A stretch of 62,502 nt of DNA, the filler included, from Collodictyon triciliatum (lineage: Eukaryota), in NCBI GenBank assembly GCA_043381765.1. It is 18 parts of 18 records of this genome, joined end to end, with 100 filler letters (N's around TTAATTAATTAA, not from the genome) between each part and the next. Parts side by side here need not be neighbours in the genome. Positions count along the whole stretch, not along the records: positions 10,471 to 13,858 come from JBHJMP010007410.1; positions 13,959 to 17,343 come from JBHJMP010007411.1; positions 17,444 to 20,828 come from JBHJMP010007412.1; positions 20,929 to 24,312 come from JBHJMP010007413.1; positions 24,413 to 27,796 come from JBHJMP010007414.1; positions 27,897 to 31,277 come from JBHJMP010007415.1; 12 more parts are not named here. One strand, 5' to 3'. Shown one piece after another: positions 13,495 through 28,005 of the stretch; position 1 is the stretch's first letter; each line of letters starts with the position of its first letter. Under the pieces are notes generated by a model. That model saw nothing but the letters and a program-made list of their open reading frames with translations. It was not told the DNA's origin and ran no database searches. A program made the position numbers and the translations under genes.

Positions 13495-13732
13495 TGTGGG
13501 AATGTGTCGTGCGATATCTCCCACAGCATATCCAGCCCCTGCTACCCACGCAACCAATCAACCAGTTGGGTCGCCCACCTGACCAACTCGCTATCACTGA
13601 TATTTTTCCAGTGCTACCCTCTCCACGGTAGTGTCTTCCCCTACTCGCGTTTGCTCTCTCCCATGCGCTCCCATCCCGCCCCTTTGTATGGCATAACCTC
13701 GCTACACTTTGAATCGAATAAAGGAAAAAAAA
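13495..13732 (+). mobile_element. Longer (~235 bp) C-rich element ending in the family-A tail and poly(A)
   Basis: A GC-richer island in AT-rich DNA ending CACTTTGAATCGAATAAAGGAAAAAAAA. No TSD found; the 5' boundary is approximate. Confidence 0.55.
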
Positions 13733-13958
13733 TCCTTGTTTTTCAATCCATATTTTATCAAATCCGAACCCTGTATTAATACTTTAAAATAGATTTTGCT
13801 GAATACCCCTTCATCACACATCAGAGTACTTTGATGAACAGTATTTTTTGTGCTTTTTNNNNNNNNNNNNNNNNNNNNNNNNNNNNNNNNNNNNNNNNNN
13901 NNTTAATTAATTAANNNNNNNNNNNNNNNNNNNNNNNNNNNNNNNNNNNNNNNNNNNN

Positions 13959-14033
<75 letters not shown>

Positions 14034-14458
14034 CCCTTGACTGAACTGGTGCTTCTATGTAGCCTCCCAAGTGGGTTTTCCGCTGCCTCCCTGAATAACA
14101 ATCAGCCGCCTTTTCTGAATCTCGTCACCAATCTACTTTGGGTTTCATATCCCAGCACACAGAGTGATAAGACCGAAGATGCAAGGCCGCTGCTGGGATA
14201 TGAGAACTACCTGTCCAGATATAGCAAAATTTATTCCTGATATGGTTATACTAGTGACAGTATTTATACCATACTATTATGTTCGTTCTTTTCTCATCGT
14301 GATGTTTTTTTTTTCAATTAAACCTCCAAAGCGGGGCAAAGCAGATGGCATCAAGAAGCCCAGAAACCCTTCCCGCACGAGCTGATCTTCTTTTCTACCA
14401 GGCGAAAAGAAAAAGGAGTCACAGCAGAAAAAAAAAGTTACAGCGAAGAGGCCCTGGA

Positions 14459-17167
<2,709 letters not shown>

Positions 17168-17617
17168 GTGAGCTGATATAATACAGAGGAAAATCATTAC
17201 GATTGGACTATTACTTCACCATTATTACTATACATCTCCATGTATGTATGTATGTATGTATGTATGTATGTATGTATGTATGTATGTATGTATGTATGTA
17301 TGTATGTATGTATGTATGTATGTATGTATGTATGTATGTATGTNNNNNNNNNNNNNNNNNNNNNNNNNNNNNNNNNNNNNNNNNNNNTTAATTAATTAAN
17401 NNNNNNNNNNNNNNNNNNNNNNNNNNNNNNNNNNNNNNNNNNNTTCTGTTTTCTGTTTTCTGTTTTCTGTTTTCTGTTTTCTGTTTTCTGTTTTCTTTTT
17501 CTGTTTTCTGTTTTCTGTTTTCTGTTTTCTGTTTTCTGTTTTCTGTTTTCTGTTTTCTGTTTTCTGTTTTCTGTTTCCCTGTTTTCTTTTTTAAAAAAAA
17601 AGAATCGATGTTGTTAG

Positions 17618-18725
17618 GCACTCTTCATAATAAAGGAGTTGAATGAACGATTTCCTGAGATGGCTTTCATCCATGTGATGGAGGACCCTCGATTTTCGGC
17701 TATGGATAATAAGTAAGATATTTGTAAATCACAGAGCGGTGTTTTGATATCATACCGACGTAAATGTTATGTTCTTTGAATATTCTTTTCCCTACTTTTG
17801 TAACACTAGTTTTTCACTTAAAAAATGCATATATAATTTTAAAAAAAATCCATGATATTCAAACACCAGAGACTCAATACGCACGATGCTCAAGGACCTT
17901 ATCTCCGTGATACGGACTGAGAAGCCGCAAAGAATACCCAGAACAGACGAAGATAAAGTCAGTGCTTCTAGATATTACAGTGTTGGATTAGCATTTTCGG
18001 AATATTAGTAGTTTTTTTTTTTTTTTAGGCTGTGTATGACACTCATAACTAGATTGCTTGGAGCTCTTTTTTCATTTTCCATTTTGTTTTTCCTTGTGTT
18101 ATATTCATAACTTGTTCCTCATGAATAGCATAATAGTGTCATAGCTCATTACAATACTAATGTTTTCATTTTTACGTTTGTAAGCCTGATATGTTGTCAT
18201 TCAAATATGCATTTGCATTATTGTCATTTTAATTATATATTCTGTTGAATAGTTTTATATGGAACTATACATGCATATGTGGAAAACGTTCACCCGAGAG
18301 GTTTATGAGTGGGGAACGAAGAATTTGAAAGGGCGATACTTGATAGTTAAGTAGGACTTTACCGTTCCTTCTTTAAAACAAAAAGTGGAATTTTATTACG
18401 CCCTATTTGATAAAGGAAAAAAAATATCAGTATATCAAAAGCAGTAAAATTAAGAAAAAGAAATAAACTTTCTTCATTTAAGGACTTTAAATTTTCTTCC
18501 TTTCCTAACGTTATGGACATATCTCCAACAGGACAGAGGACTTTTGTCTGGACGAGAAAATCGCTGCAGAAAGAGTGTTGAAGCATTTCGACGTGAACCA
18601 TCGACGTGCGTGCAGAGTTCACAAAGCTCAAATCTTTGACACATCCTTACATGCTATGAACAGAAGCCAGTCATCGATTAGCACGATTAGCACGATTCAC
18701 ACTCTCACAACCATATCACATCACA
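17618..18725 (+). CDS. Sulfotransferase-family protein, partial and spliced
   Basis: Phase-consistent exons near 17618, 17870, 18253 and 18531 give ELNERFPEMAFIHVMEDPR and GRYLIVKTEDFCLDEKIAAERVLKHF. These resemble the sulfotransferase motifs FPxAKFIHxxRDPR and RYLxVRYEDL. Confidence 0.6.
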
Positions 18726-19878
18726 GTAAGCCTTGAGGAAATTGTAGAACTCTTTGTAACAAAGGGAAGGAAGCAATTGCAGGACGTATGTCTTCGCAGT
18801 CGCAAGATGCAATCATACTACAAAGTGAGTTATTGCACCATATGTAAATGATGCCATTTTCCGTGCATATCTGATAAAAAAAAGCTTTCGTAATCGTCAC
18901 TGTAATGAAATACATGTTATGATTTTTCGATTCTTTTTGCAGGAGTACGGCCGCTCGGCGATTCGAGAACTGACCAGGCTGGCCAGCCAAGGTACGTATG
19001 TCAATCGCGCTGAACCATTTACTTACAGTCACCTCTGTTTTCTGTGATGTTTAATTGCAATATTGGGATATGAAAGAAATATACATAAAGAAGTGAAAAA
19101 TTAGAGTTCATATCATCATCATCATCATCATCATCATCATGCAGAGCTGGGCATTTTCGGCTACGGTGACCTATAAATAAAATAAAAGAGGGAATACTTG
19201 GTAATGGGAAAGCACTGGCGAACTGTAAAAAGGAGTACTTTATCATAAATACAGAGAAGGAAAAGGGAGCCAAACCAGCCAGGAATATCATGAAATGATT
19301 GAATGAAGAGATATCAGCTAGAGCGATGGGTTGTTGACTGCCGTAGTGGTCCATTGGAGTTTGCTTTATTGATGTTAAGAGCGATTCTCTCTTTGCGGGA
19401 TTGAGAACAAAAAGGAAATGAAGAGATTATTGGAGAGAGAATGTGTGTGTGTGGCAAGATGAGAAAATTGGTTATGTCGCACACGTATCTGCCGGGAACA
19501 TAAAGATATACACAAGTTAATGAAGACGAGTTGGCAAATATGAAGGAAAGCAAGGAAAAGATGGTGATGAAGAGATCCCCATGGAAAGAAAAGAGAGCGA
19601 TTATTTTATCAGGAAAAAGGCTGTCACAAATAATGGCTTCATCAAAACATCCCCGTATCAACAAATCAAAAACAGAAACAAAGCTGTCTCAGCCACAAAG
19701 AGACATACAAGCAAAAGTATAAAGTGATGAAAGAAAGAGAGAGAAAAAAAAGGAGTGAAGAGAAGCAAGAAATCCCATTCAACACGATATAAAAAAAAAA
19801 TGAAAGAGAAAGACGGCTCAAGAAAAGGAAAGGAAAGGAAAGGAAATAGAAGGACTGATGCAATCATCATCCAGGCGA

Positions 19879-20520
19879 CTATGCTACACTTTCCCTCTTC
19901 GCACGCTTTCTTTCAGACGACTTTGCCACCACGTCATCCGAGGGGCTACTGGCATCCGCTGCATGTGCGGTTGTCTGCATTTGCAATTGGGCCTGTCCAG
20001 TGTTCTGTCCTTGGATGCGCAGCCGCGAGTTGTGTGTAGCCGCGAGTCGCTGGTAATGCGCCCGGGTATCAGGAGGCAGATTTTTCCACAAGTCGCCGAG
20101 AATGCGGGAGATCTCGATGTTTGGGAGGAACGGATTTCCGCGGTGAATCTGCTGCCGCTGGCACATGGAGAAGGCGATGAACGAGTTGACCGGTTTGCTA
20201 GTTGGCAGATTTGGAGTCTCCAATCCCGCTACCGACCCGGCTACCGATGCTTGTGGTGGTGCCAATGCCGCTGCCTCGCTTTCAATGGTGGCGACTTGTC
20301 CCCTCCACTCCAGAATGGCATGCGAATCTTCGGCGAATGCGGTCATGGTGGCTGTGGCTGTGGCTGTGGCTGTGGCTGTGGCTGTGGCTGTGGCAGAGAA
20401 GTCTGCTTGGTGGGGCGGAAAAGTCGCTGCGGGGCTTGGATTCGGAAGCGGCAGTTGAATCAAACCCGTGCGCGGATCCACCCAGGATGGAGGCAGAGGA
20501 TACCAGTCCATAGCAGGCAT
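19879..20520 (-). CDS. Single HMG-box transcription factor of SOX/TCF/MATA_HMG type, single ORF
   Basis: KPVNSFIAFSMCQRQQIHRGNPFLPNIEISRILGDLWKNLPPDTRAHYQRLA matches the sequence-specific HMG-box pattern; GC-rich ORF. Confidence 0.85.
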   Translation of the reverse strand: MPAMDWYPLPPSWVDPRTGLIQLPLPNPSPAATFPPHQADFSATATATATATATATATMTAFAEDSHAILEWRGQVATIESEAAALAPPQASVAGSVAGLETPNLPTSKPVNSFIAFSMCQRQQIHRGNPFLPNIEISRILGDLWKNLPPDTRAHYQRLAATHNSRLRIQGQNTGQAQLQMQTTAHAADASSPSDDVVAKSSERKRAKRESVA

Positions 20521-21928
20521 CCGCTCACGCGCTCACTCTTTGGTTTCTGGTGGTGCTTGTCTTTGTTCCTTGTCAGAGTCTTTGTGCGGGTGATTCACCC
20601 TGCTCGCTTATCAGAGGCTGTGCTGCTGGGTTAGAGCTGGTTTAGATTATTTTCCTGTTAGAGCATCTTTTTCTTTTTCTTTTTCTTTTTCTTTTTCTTT
20701 TTCTTTTTCTTTTTCTTTTTCTTTTTCTTTTCTTTTCCTTTTTCTTTTTCTTTTTCTTTTTCTTTTTCTTTTTCTTTTTCTTTTTCTTTTTCTTTTTCTT
20801 TTTCTTTTTCTTTTTCTTTTTCTTTTCTNNNNNNNNNNNNNNNNNNNNNNNNNNNNNNNNNNNNNNNNNNNNTTAATTAATTAANNNNNNNNNNNNNNNN
20901 NNNNNNNNNNNNNNNNNNNNNNNNNNNNATGTATGTATGTATGTATGTATGTATGTATGTATGTATGTATGTATGTATGTTTTTGAGAGAATTTTCAATC
21001 ATGTTAATTTTTCTTTAATAAATACTGTTTTAACGACCAGGTCGAAAGTGCCATAATAAGGAACCAATGGCTTGCAGGAATCGGGCGTGCATCTCTGGCA
21101 GCCCCGGCACCAAAGATATTATCATCGATAGACTTAATTGTTTCTCTGAACGAAGATGAAGAAAATAGTAGCTAAACCAACAAGAGTTTGTCATGTCTGT
21201 TGTCCTGCACGGAAGCATATTCTCACCAGCCCAGGGCACATTGCAATTTGTCTATCAAGTGACTAAAATAAATATAGCAGTAATAAATCTCGAGCTTTTT
21301 TGCTTCTGAAAAAGATGCTGTTGGCTTTGTGCCCCCTACCCCGAAAATACTACTACTACCAATGGTATAGTGCTTGATATGCATTCATCATTTATATTTT
21401 TGAAGTGAGTTGCTCTGGATGAAATGTGGTTGTGTTTGCGAGTTAGTACTGTAGCGTCTGATTCTCTTTTATTTCGGATTTACCTACACTGATTGTGGTC
21501 GATTGCATTTGCCGTCAAAATCATTCTATGCGCTATCTAGCGCTTTCAAAGTAAAATAAAACAAAAACAAGAGAAACGGAAAAAAATCACTTTCGGCGTA
21601 TGCAAGCTCTCGTGAAACGACAGGATGTGAGTACTATGGGATAATGATACATCGCAATTGAGACATAATGCGGGTTCAACGACGAAACAATAGCATCCAA
21701 TGATGCGCGAAAATAGAGTTGAAAGTGTGATTTGAGCGGTACACTATTCTTCCAGCGCCAACCCCATTTTATTTTTCGGGAATATTGCACGGCGCATCAT
21801 TGGGCGATCAAGAGGCTTCGGGTACGAAAACGATGTACAGCAGGTTTCGAGGAGAGGGAAAGTTGAGAGAAAGGTGGAAAAAGAGAGAGAGAGAGAGAAA
21901 AAAGGAGTCCTGGGAAAACAGTTTGTAC

Positions 21929-22123
21929 TCAAAAGCCCAGGGGCTCTCCAGCCTCAATCTTGTCTCGGATCTTGGTGGCCTCTGCACGAAGCGCTTCAGC
22001 CAGTTTGTGAGCGTGTTTGTGGATGCGTTCGATCTCCTGTTCGCAGCGGTACCGCAGATACTGTTCCACAGTCATGTCGAGTTCCTCTTCATTCAAATGT
22101 AGCACTTCGGCGCCCTCGGCCAT
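21929..22123 (-). CDS. Small helical protein resembling the Survivin/Bir1 C-terminal CPC helix
   Basis: LNEEELDMTVEQYLRYRCEQEIERIHKHAHKLAEALRAEATKIRDKIE resembles the fungal Bir1 C-terminal pattern EEExxMTVEEWI followed by an amphipathic helix. A short upstream exon is possible (AG ending at 22135). Confidence 0.6.
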   Translation of the reverse strand: MAEGAEVLHLNEEELDMTVEQYLRYRCEQEIERIHKHAHKLAEALRAEATKIRDKIEAGEPLGF

Positions 22124-25029
22124 TTTTTTTTTTTCTAGGTGGGAGTAGACCTGCCAGCATAGGTTTAGGGTTAGCCCTTCTGAGCTGCTGTGTGGATTGG
22201 TACATGCGGCGCTTTCGTCGGCTGCTTTGATTCAACCAGAGTCCTCGCCATGAGCTGTTCGTTCTGCTGTTTTAGGGTCAGAATATTTAAATGTTTGAAT
22301 GTTTGAACCTAAGAGGGCAAGAAAGGCATAGGCCCTATATAGTATGCAATAAGTCTGGCAAATTCTTTCGGTTGGGGGTTTCCACAAAAGAAATACAGGG
22401 CATTGGGCTCGCGTTGGCTTCGGCTGGATTGGCGTCCACCCGGCGCTATCAAGGGATTGGACTTCAGCGCAAAATCTGAATTGCAAGGGGTTAGTTAGAC
22501 GAAAGGCCATCTGAAACTGATTATCAACACCAATCTTCCATCGGAAGGGGGAATTCTGAAAATCTTTTGGTTTACAGAGAAAGACTGCCTCGTTTGGGCA
22601 TTTGGTTCTTTTCTAATTTTTCTTTAAAATCTTACTGATTCTTGATTCCTGTAAGCACCCACTGAGAATTGATTTACTCCATCAAGAGCGATATGTTTTT
22701 GAATTTTTTTTATCAGACATATTTCATTATAAATGGTGAAAAACAGTGTAGAATAATCCAGTATGAGGGCACCACAACAGAGGGGATACATACATGTGGC
22801 AAATATTCTGGTTTGAGTCCCATCAGGTCTCCTCCAATAGGAAAGTAATGTCAGTACATCTTTTCAGAAAATTAAGATCTTGAAAAAAAAAATTGATAAT
22901 CAAACAAACATCCAAGGAGACCTACCTTCACCAAAAATCGAACTCTTAACCTCGATATCAACCATGCCGCAATAATGACGAGTGGAGCTGCCCCGCCATT
23001 GTATTCAAAAACAAAATATTCTTAAAAGTAGAAACACCAGTATTAAAATTATCATCAACTGCGTGTAATTTTTCTTGTGGCTATGTCAAATAATTAATAC
23101 CTCGAAAGATGACCATGAAAAAGGCAAATAATACATAGAAAAAAAAAACTTATTTCTATAATAAAAAAAACTATGTAGATATTTACACCTGATTGATACG
23201 AGTAAAAACAGCCGCATTTTTAAAAATTTAGAGTGCTAATTAAAAGGATACACATTTCATGTATGCTAGTATTCAAGCATGCATGGAAGATGAGGTTTTA
23301 TACTCTTCCTCTACCTTGGACTTATACTTCTGAGGAAGGTTATTAAAAAAAATCATAAGCATGTTAAAATTATAAATTTTGTTGGAAGGTGTATGTCCCC
23401 AAAGACTAAAGAATCTAATGCAAAAGCATAATGTATATTTATCATATTCAAAACACATTTCAAGACATCTCCGGCTCGCATCCATAATATGCTATACAGG
23501 CAAATCAAATCAAACAGTCACGCTCTTCGTCCAACGAATTTGATACCACTGAATTCTGTATTGAGTTTTACATTTATATTTTTTTCTTGCATTGACCTTT
23601 TCTTGTGTAGATTACCTACTCCTTGCGATGCCATGTATTTTTGGCAGAATAAAAGAAAACATTGGCATTCCATTCATTACAACACACTATTACGGCAGGT
23701 TTCAACATATAATCTCTTCCTTAACTAAATTCTATCCCAAACTACATCGCAGCACAGAATCAAAAATTGAAAACAGTTATTTTTCTGATGGGTTTACGTT
23801 CGCACTACCTGTTGATGAATGCCTACGGGAATTTACTCGCTTTGTAATTATCTTAACGATGCTCTCTTTTTAATAATCGAAGTGCATTGCCTACTTCATT
23901 TAAAAAACAACTGAATTCAGGGCACTTTATATTCAGCGTTTGGTTTCGATTATTAAAAAAAAATGAGTTATTGCTGCAAAAAAGACTAGATGTCTACATC
24001 CACAATACACCTTTCCCTTGCGATACACTTGCACCTGTCAATCCTCCACCCAAAGCCTTCCGCGCTTGCAACCATTCCTGTCAAACACCCCACCGAACGA
24101 CATATTCATTCTACAACCAAAGACACGTCAGTGCATGTGTTCGATCATTCCTCATCATTTGCTATTCCAACCTGCACAACTTTGTGCCTTCCAAACAGCA
24201 CTCTGGCTTCATATGCGAAGCGCTTTTCCAAGACAACCCAGTGCCCCGTATCTCACCAATACACACCAAACTCACAAACACTCTGAAGCTCCTCACCATG
24301 CCCGACCACGTCNNNNNNNNNNNNNNNNNNNNNNNNNNNNNNNNNNNNNNNNNNNNTTAATTAATTAANNNNNNNNNNNNNNNNNNNNNNNNNNNNNNNN
24401 NNNNNNNNNNNNCCAGGAAGCGAGGAGGCCACCTCCGCATAAGCCAAGCTGCGTCAGGATTTCCTCCATACCACATCCGAAAACTTGCACAGCTCACACA
24501 AAGAAACCAAGAGCGAACAACACAAGCATCTGCGCCACTTTCTCCACCCGCAACGACCTTTCCTTCAGCCGCAATAAAGTAGTAATATAGGCGGACTGCT
24601 CGAGTTGCTGAGTCAGTTTCTGGCGTGTTCATACGATTTCTTGTTGTGCCTGGTGAAGACTCGTGGTTTATTGGGAGTCAGGGATGCTTGCGTGACGATA
24701 CGAGAGGGAGAAAGAGAGGGAGTCAAAAGCCACGGATGAGTGTGCGGTGCGAAGGGTAGGGTTGAAGGAGAATCGAAGGAGAAAAAGAAAAAGACAAGAC
24801 AGGAGAGACCTCACCCTCATGGGCGACACCAGAAATAATTGAAATAGCCCTTCCCTCCTCTCCACTCTTTCATCTCACAACCACAGAGTACACCATCCTT
24901 ATGGGACGTTCGAATAAAAGTGCATTTGCCTCTTTTCTCCTTCTTCTTTTTTGTATGTTGTTGTGTTCTGTTCACGCTGCGCTGACTCCCAACCCCAGAG
25001 ACCGTGCCGGTTGCCACACGGGTCGTGGC

Positions 25030-27497
25030 CTAGTCGGTAGACGACTTCTTCGTGACGGTGAGGATGGGGATATCGAGATAGTTTGCAAACTGGCGGATGA
25101 CGGTGAGGACAAAGTGGAGGTGGAAAATCAGGGCAATGGAGAACGAGGCGTAGAGGCAGAGCTCCTCTGAGACGAGCGGGGCACTATGAAAGGCACAAGC
25201 AGGGACTGAGACTCAGCGCAAGGGGAATACGACAGGTTGGAAAGCAGTCTTACGTCTTTGTGAGGTGAGCAAAGGCCACGTTCGCTGAACATAGAACAAG
25301 CGTGTATGGAATCACAACAAGAACCCGGTAGCTCATGTGGCAGAGATGGCACACAATCAGGTAGCCCTGGATGATTGTGATGGCGTTTGTGATTGTGGTT
25401 GAGATTGTGATTAATTGCTTGGGCGTACCACTTGTCTGGAAACCTCCAAGCCGATAATCCACATAAACATGTGCGGATAGGCCTCAAAGACTCTTATCTC
25501 GGATAACTACAGGGGTTTGCTTTAAAGTCTTTGTGGGGTGGAAATTCGACGTTCGGTGGCCTGAGTGTAAATGAAGGAGAGTGTGACTTGGGCAGACCTG
25601 GTACCAGAGAAAGTGCGACACGTAAAGGAACGTGGTGGGGACGAACTGGATGGCCGCTTCGTGAAGATCGGTCTTGTGCAGGAGATTCTTGTTCTTTGGG
25701 TGTGTGACATCGATCTTTTGAATCACCACCGACCAAATGCTGGTGTATGGTCGCCAACAGCGTTAATATGAGAAGATAGTATTGTAGGAATAGGAAAACA
25801 TGAAAGGAGATAAACAGAAAAAAAAAAAGAAGAGGGAGCATGACGCGTGTTTCCATGCTGTAGGATTAAGTACTTTTGCATCATCATAAAGGTTCCTGCA
25901 ACCACAACAAGAATGACTATGACAACATTGAGGGGGGCCTTAGGAGCACCGGCAACTTGGAAAGGAAGAGCATCCCACACATCAGTGTCCCAAACATGCG
26001 GCCCTGAATGAGAAAAACTGCAATTAGGTTTGTTTTTTTGTTTTTTTAAGAAAAAATATTGCATCTATGATGCGGTAGATTCGATGGTTTAATTTGTTAG
26101 CAAATATTTGCATATTGCGATGCTATTTCAAATGTTTGCCTGTTTGAGATTACTCACCATGATAGCCTGTGACGAAGCACACGATGGACACCATCAAAAT
26201 TCCCTCTGTAGGAACATTGACTGCTGGCAATACTAAGGTTCCAGTATGGTATCTGTGGATGGATTTTGGGCACATGGTTACTGCTGAGATTTGGGCACCG
26301 GAAAAAGGGTAGCATATGTTCCAAAAATAAGGAAGAGGAAAGGAAAGAAAAATCGCATCAATTATTGAAAGGTCAAATGCAGTTAATCCTTTCGAGTACA
26401 TTATTTATATATTTGTGGATAATATTATATATAAATGTGAGAATGTCTACGTTTCCCAAGTGGCCATAAAGAACCCCATCATCAACATATAGCCGCATAG
26501 AAGGGTGTAAATCGTAGTTCCAAGTTGACAAATAGTACCACACAACAGCATGGATGCCTATTTTTATATCAAGACCCAGTCAAAAAGATATCGAATGATA
26601 TGAAACTAACTTTCATGAGAACAAAAAAAAAAAAAAAGTCTTATTTGTACAGTCTGAATAGTTTTTCTTTGATAAAATCATAGCAAGACAGAAGTTGGTT
26701 CAACTCTAAACAGACCGCAGTATTTATGGCATCACACCCTGAAATAAAAGTACTGGTTAGACTGCAATTTTTTTTTTTTTAAAAAAAAAAAAGGGGCTAT
26801 AGCATGCAATACACACGCAAAAAAGAAAAACAGAATAAAAAAAAGGGGGCTATTCCATCAAAAATAATAACGACACAAGCGTTCTAGGGACTAAGGTCAA
26901 TACAGATCCAATACCAATACAGATTAAACAAAACCATGGATATTAAAAATGCTACACTCGAAACACACCGTGGTCAAAAAGCTCGCCCATCGGAGAGGAC
27001 ATCTTCAGGGCACGAGCCTGCTTGCCGTCGAGAGCGTCGAATGTCTGGTAGAGAAAGACGGCAATGCCGGCGGCATAGTAGACGGAGCGGGGCGGTTGGT
27101 CGAAGTCTGCGGCGTGTGCGTCTAAGTTGTCATTGCCAAGGTCGCTGTCAAGTGCGGGGACTGTGCGGAGACGTGTGGAGTAGACGGTGATGACTGCATA
27201 GGAGGCCAGAGAGGCAAAGAGGCCGAGCAGCGTGACGGCGTTTGGTGCGAGCCACGTGGGCAGCAGTGAGGCGGCAAAGCGCCAATACGGCTGCAGAATG
27301 TACTTTGAGATGGGCGAGTTGTCTACGCCCGAGTAAACGTATGTTTTGAGATTCTCCAGCTGCCGGCTGGGAATGTAGATGCTGTCCGGAACGCGACGCA
27401 GGGACTTTGACGAGCCTTTGCCCTGGCCTTTGTCTTGTGAGCCCATGATATTGGAATGTGAGTCTGTCGGAAGGTTGTTAGAAGAATTGTTTTCCAT
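25030..27497 (-). CDS. Choline/ethanolamine phosphotransferase (CEPT1/EPT1/AAPT family), multi-exon, complete
   Basis: LKTYVYSGVDNSPISKYILQPYW, WLAPNAVTLLG, CDP-alcohol phosphotransferase motif YQTFDALDGKQAR...SPMGELFDHGCDA, ATWETYHTGTLVL, and a C-terminus QFANYLDIPILTV ending at TAG 25030-25032. Confidence 0.93.
26785..26853 (+). mobile_element. Possible short poly(A)-tailed intronic insertion with an imperfect TSD
   Basis: AAAAAAAAGGGGCTAT and AAAAAAAAGGGGGCTAT flank ~36 bp ending CAGAAT followed by an A run. Confidence 0.45.
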
Positions 27498-28005
27498 CTT
27501 TTTATATTGTTTTATATTCTTTCTTCTCTTTCTTCTCTTTCTTCTCTTTCTTCTTTCTTCTCTTTCTTCTCTTTCTTCTCTTTCTTCTCTTCTCTTTTTT
27601 CTCTTTTTTCTCTTTTTTCTCTTTCTTCTTCTCTTCTTTTTATTTTTATTTCTTCTCTTCTCTTTCTTTTCAATTTCTCTTTCTTCTCTTTTTCTTCTCT
27701 TTTTCTTTTCTTTTTCTTTTCTTTTTCTTTTCTTTTTCTTTTCTTTTTCTTTTCTTTTTCTTTTCTTTTTCTTTTCTTTTTCTTTTCTTTTTCTTTNNNN
27801 NNNNNNNNNNNNNNNNNNNNNNNNNNNNNNNNNNNNNNNNTTAATTAATTAANNNNNNNNNNNNNNNNNNNNNNNNNNNNNNNNNNNNNNNNNNNNTTTT
27901 GTTTTTGTTTTTGTTTTTGTTTTTGTTTTTGTTTTTGTTTTTGTTTTTGTTTTTGTTTTTGTTTTTGTTCTTTTTGCTGATACTCTTTTTCATGACTAAA
28001 ATTAG

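Noticed and set aside
22500-24312. Spliced gene in the second half of this contig
   Set aside because: Exon-like fragments on both strands could not be joined into a consistent or recognisable protein.
25030-25100. Selenocysteine-containing C-terminus as in animal SELENOI/EPT1
   Set aside because: The frame ends at TAG with no in-frame TGA.
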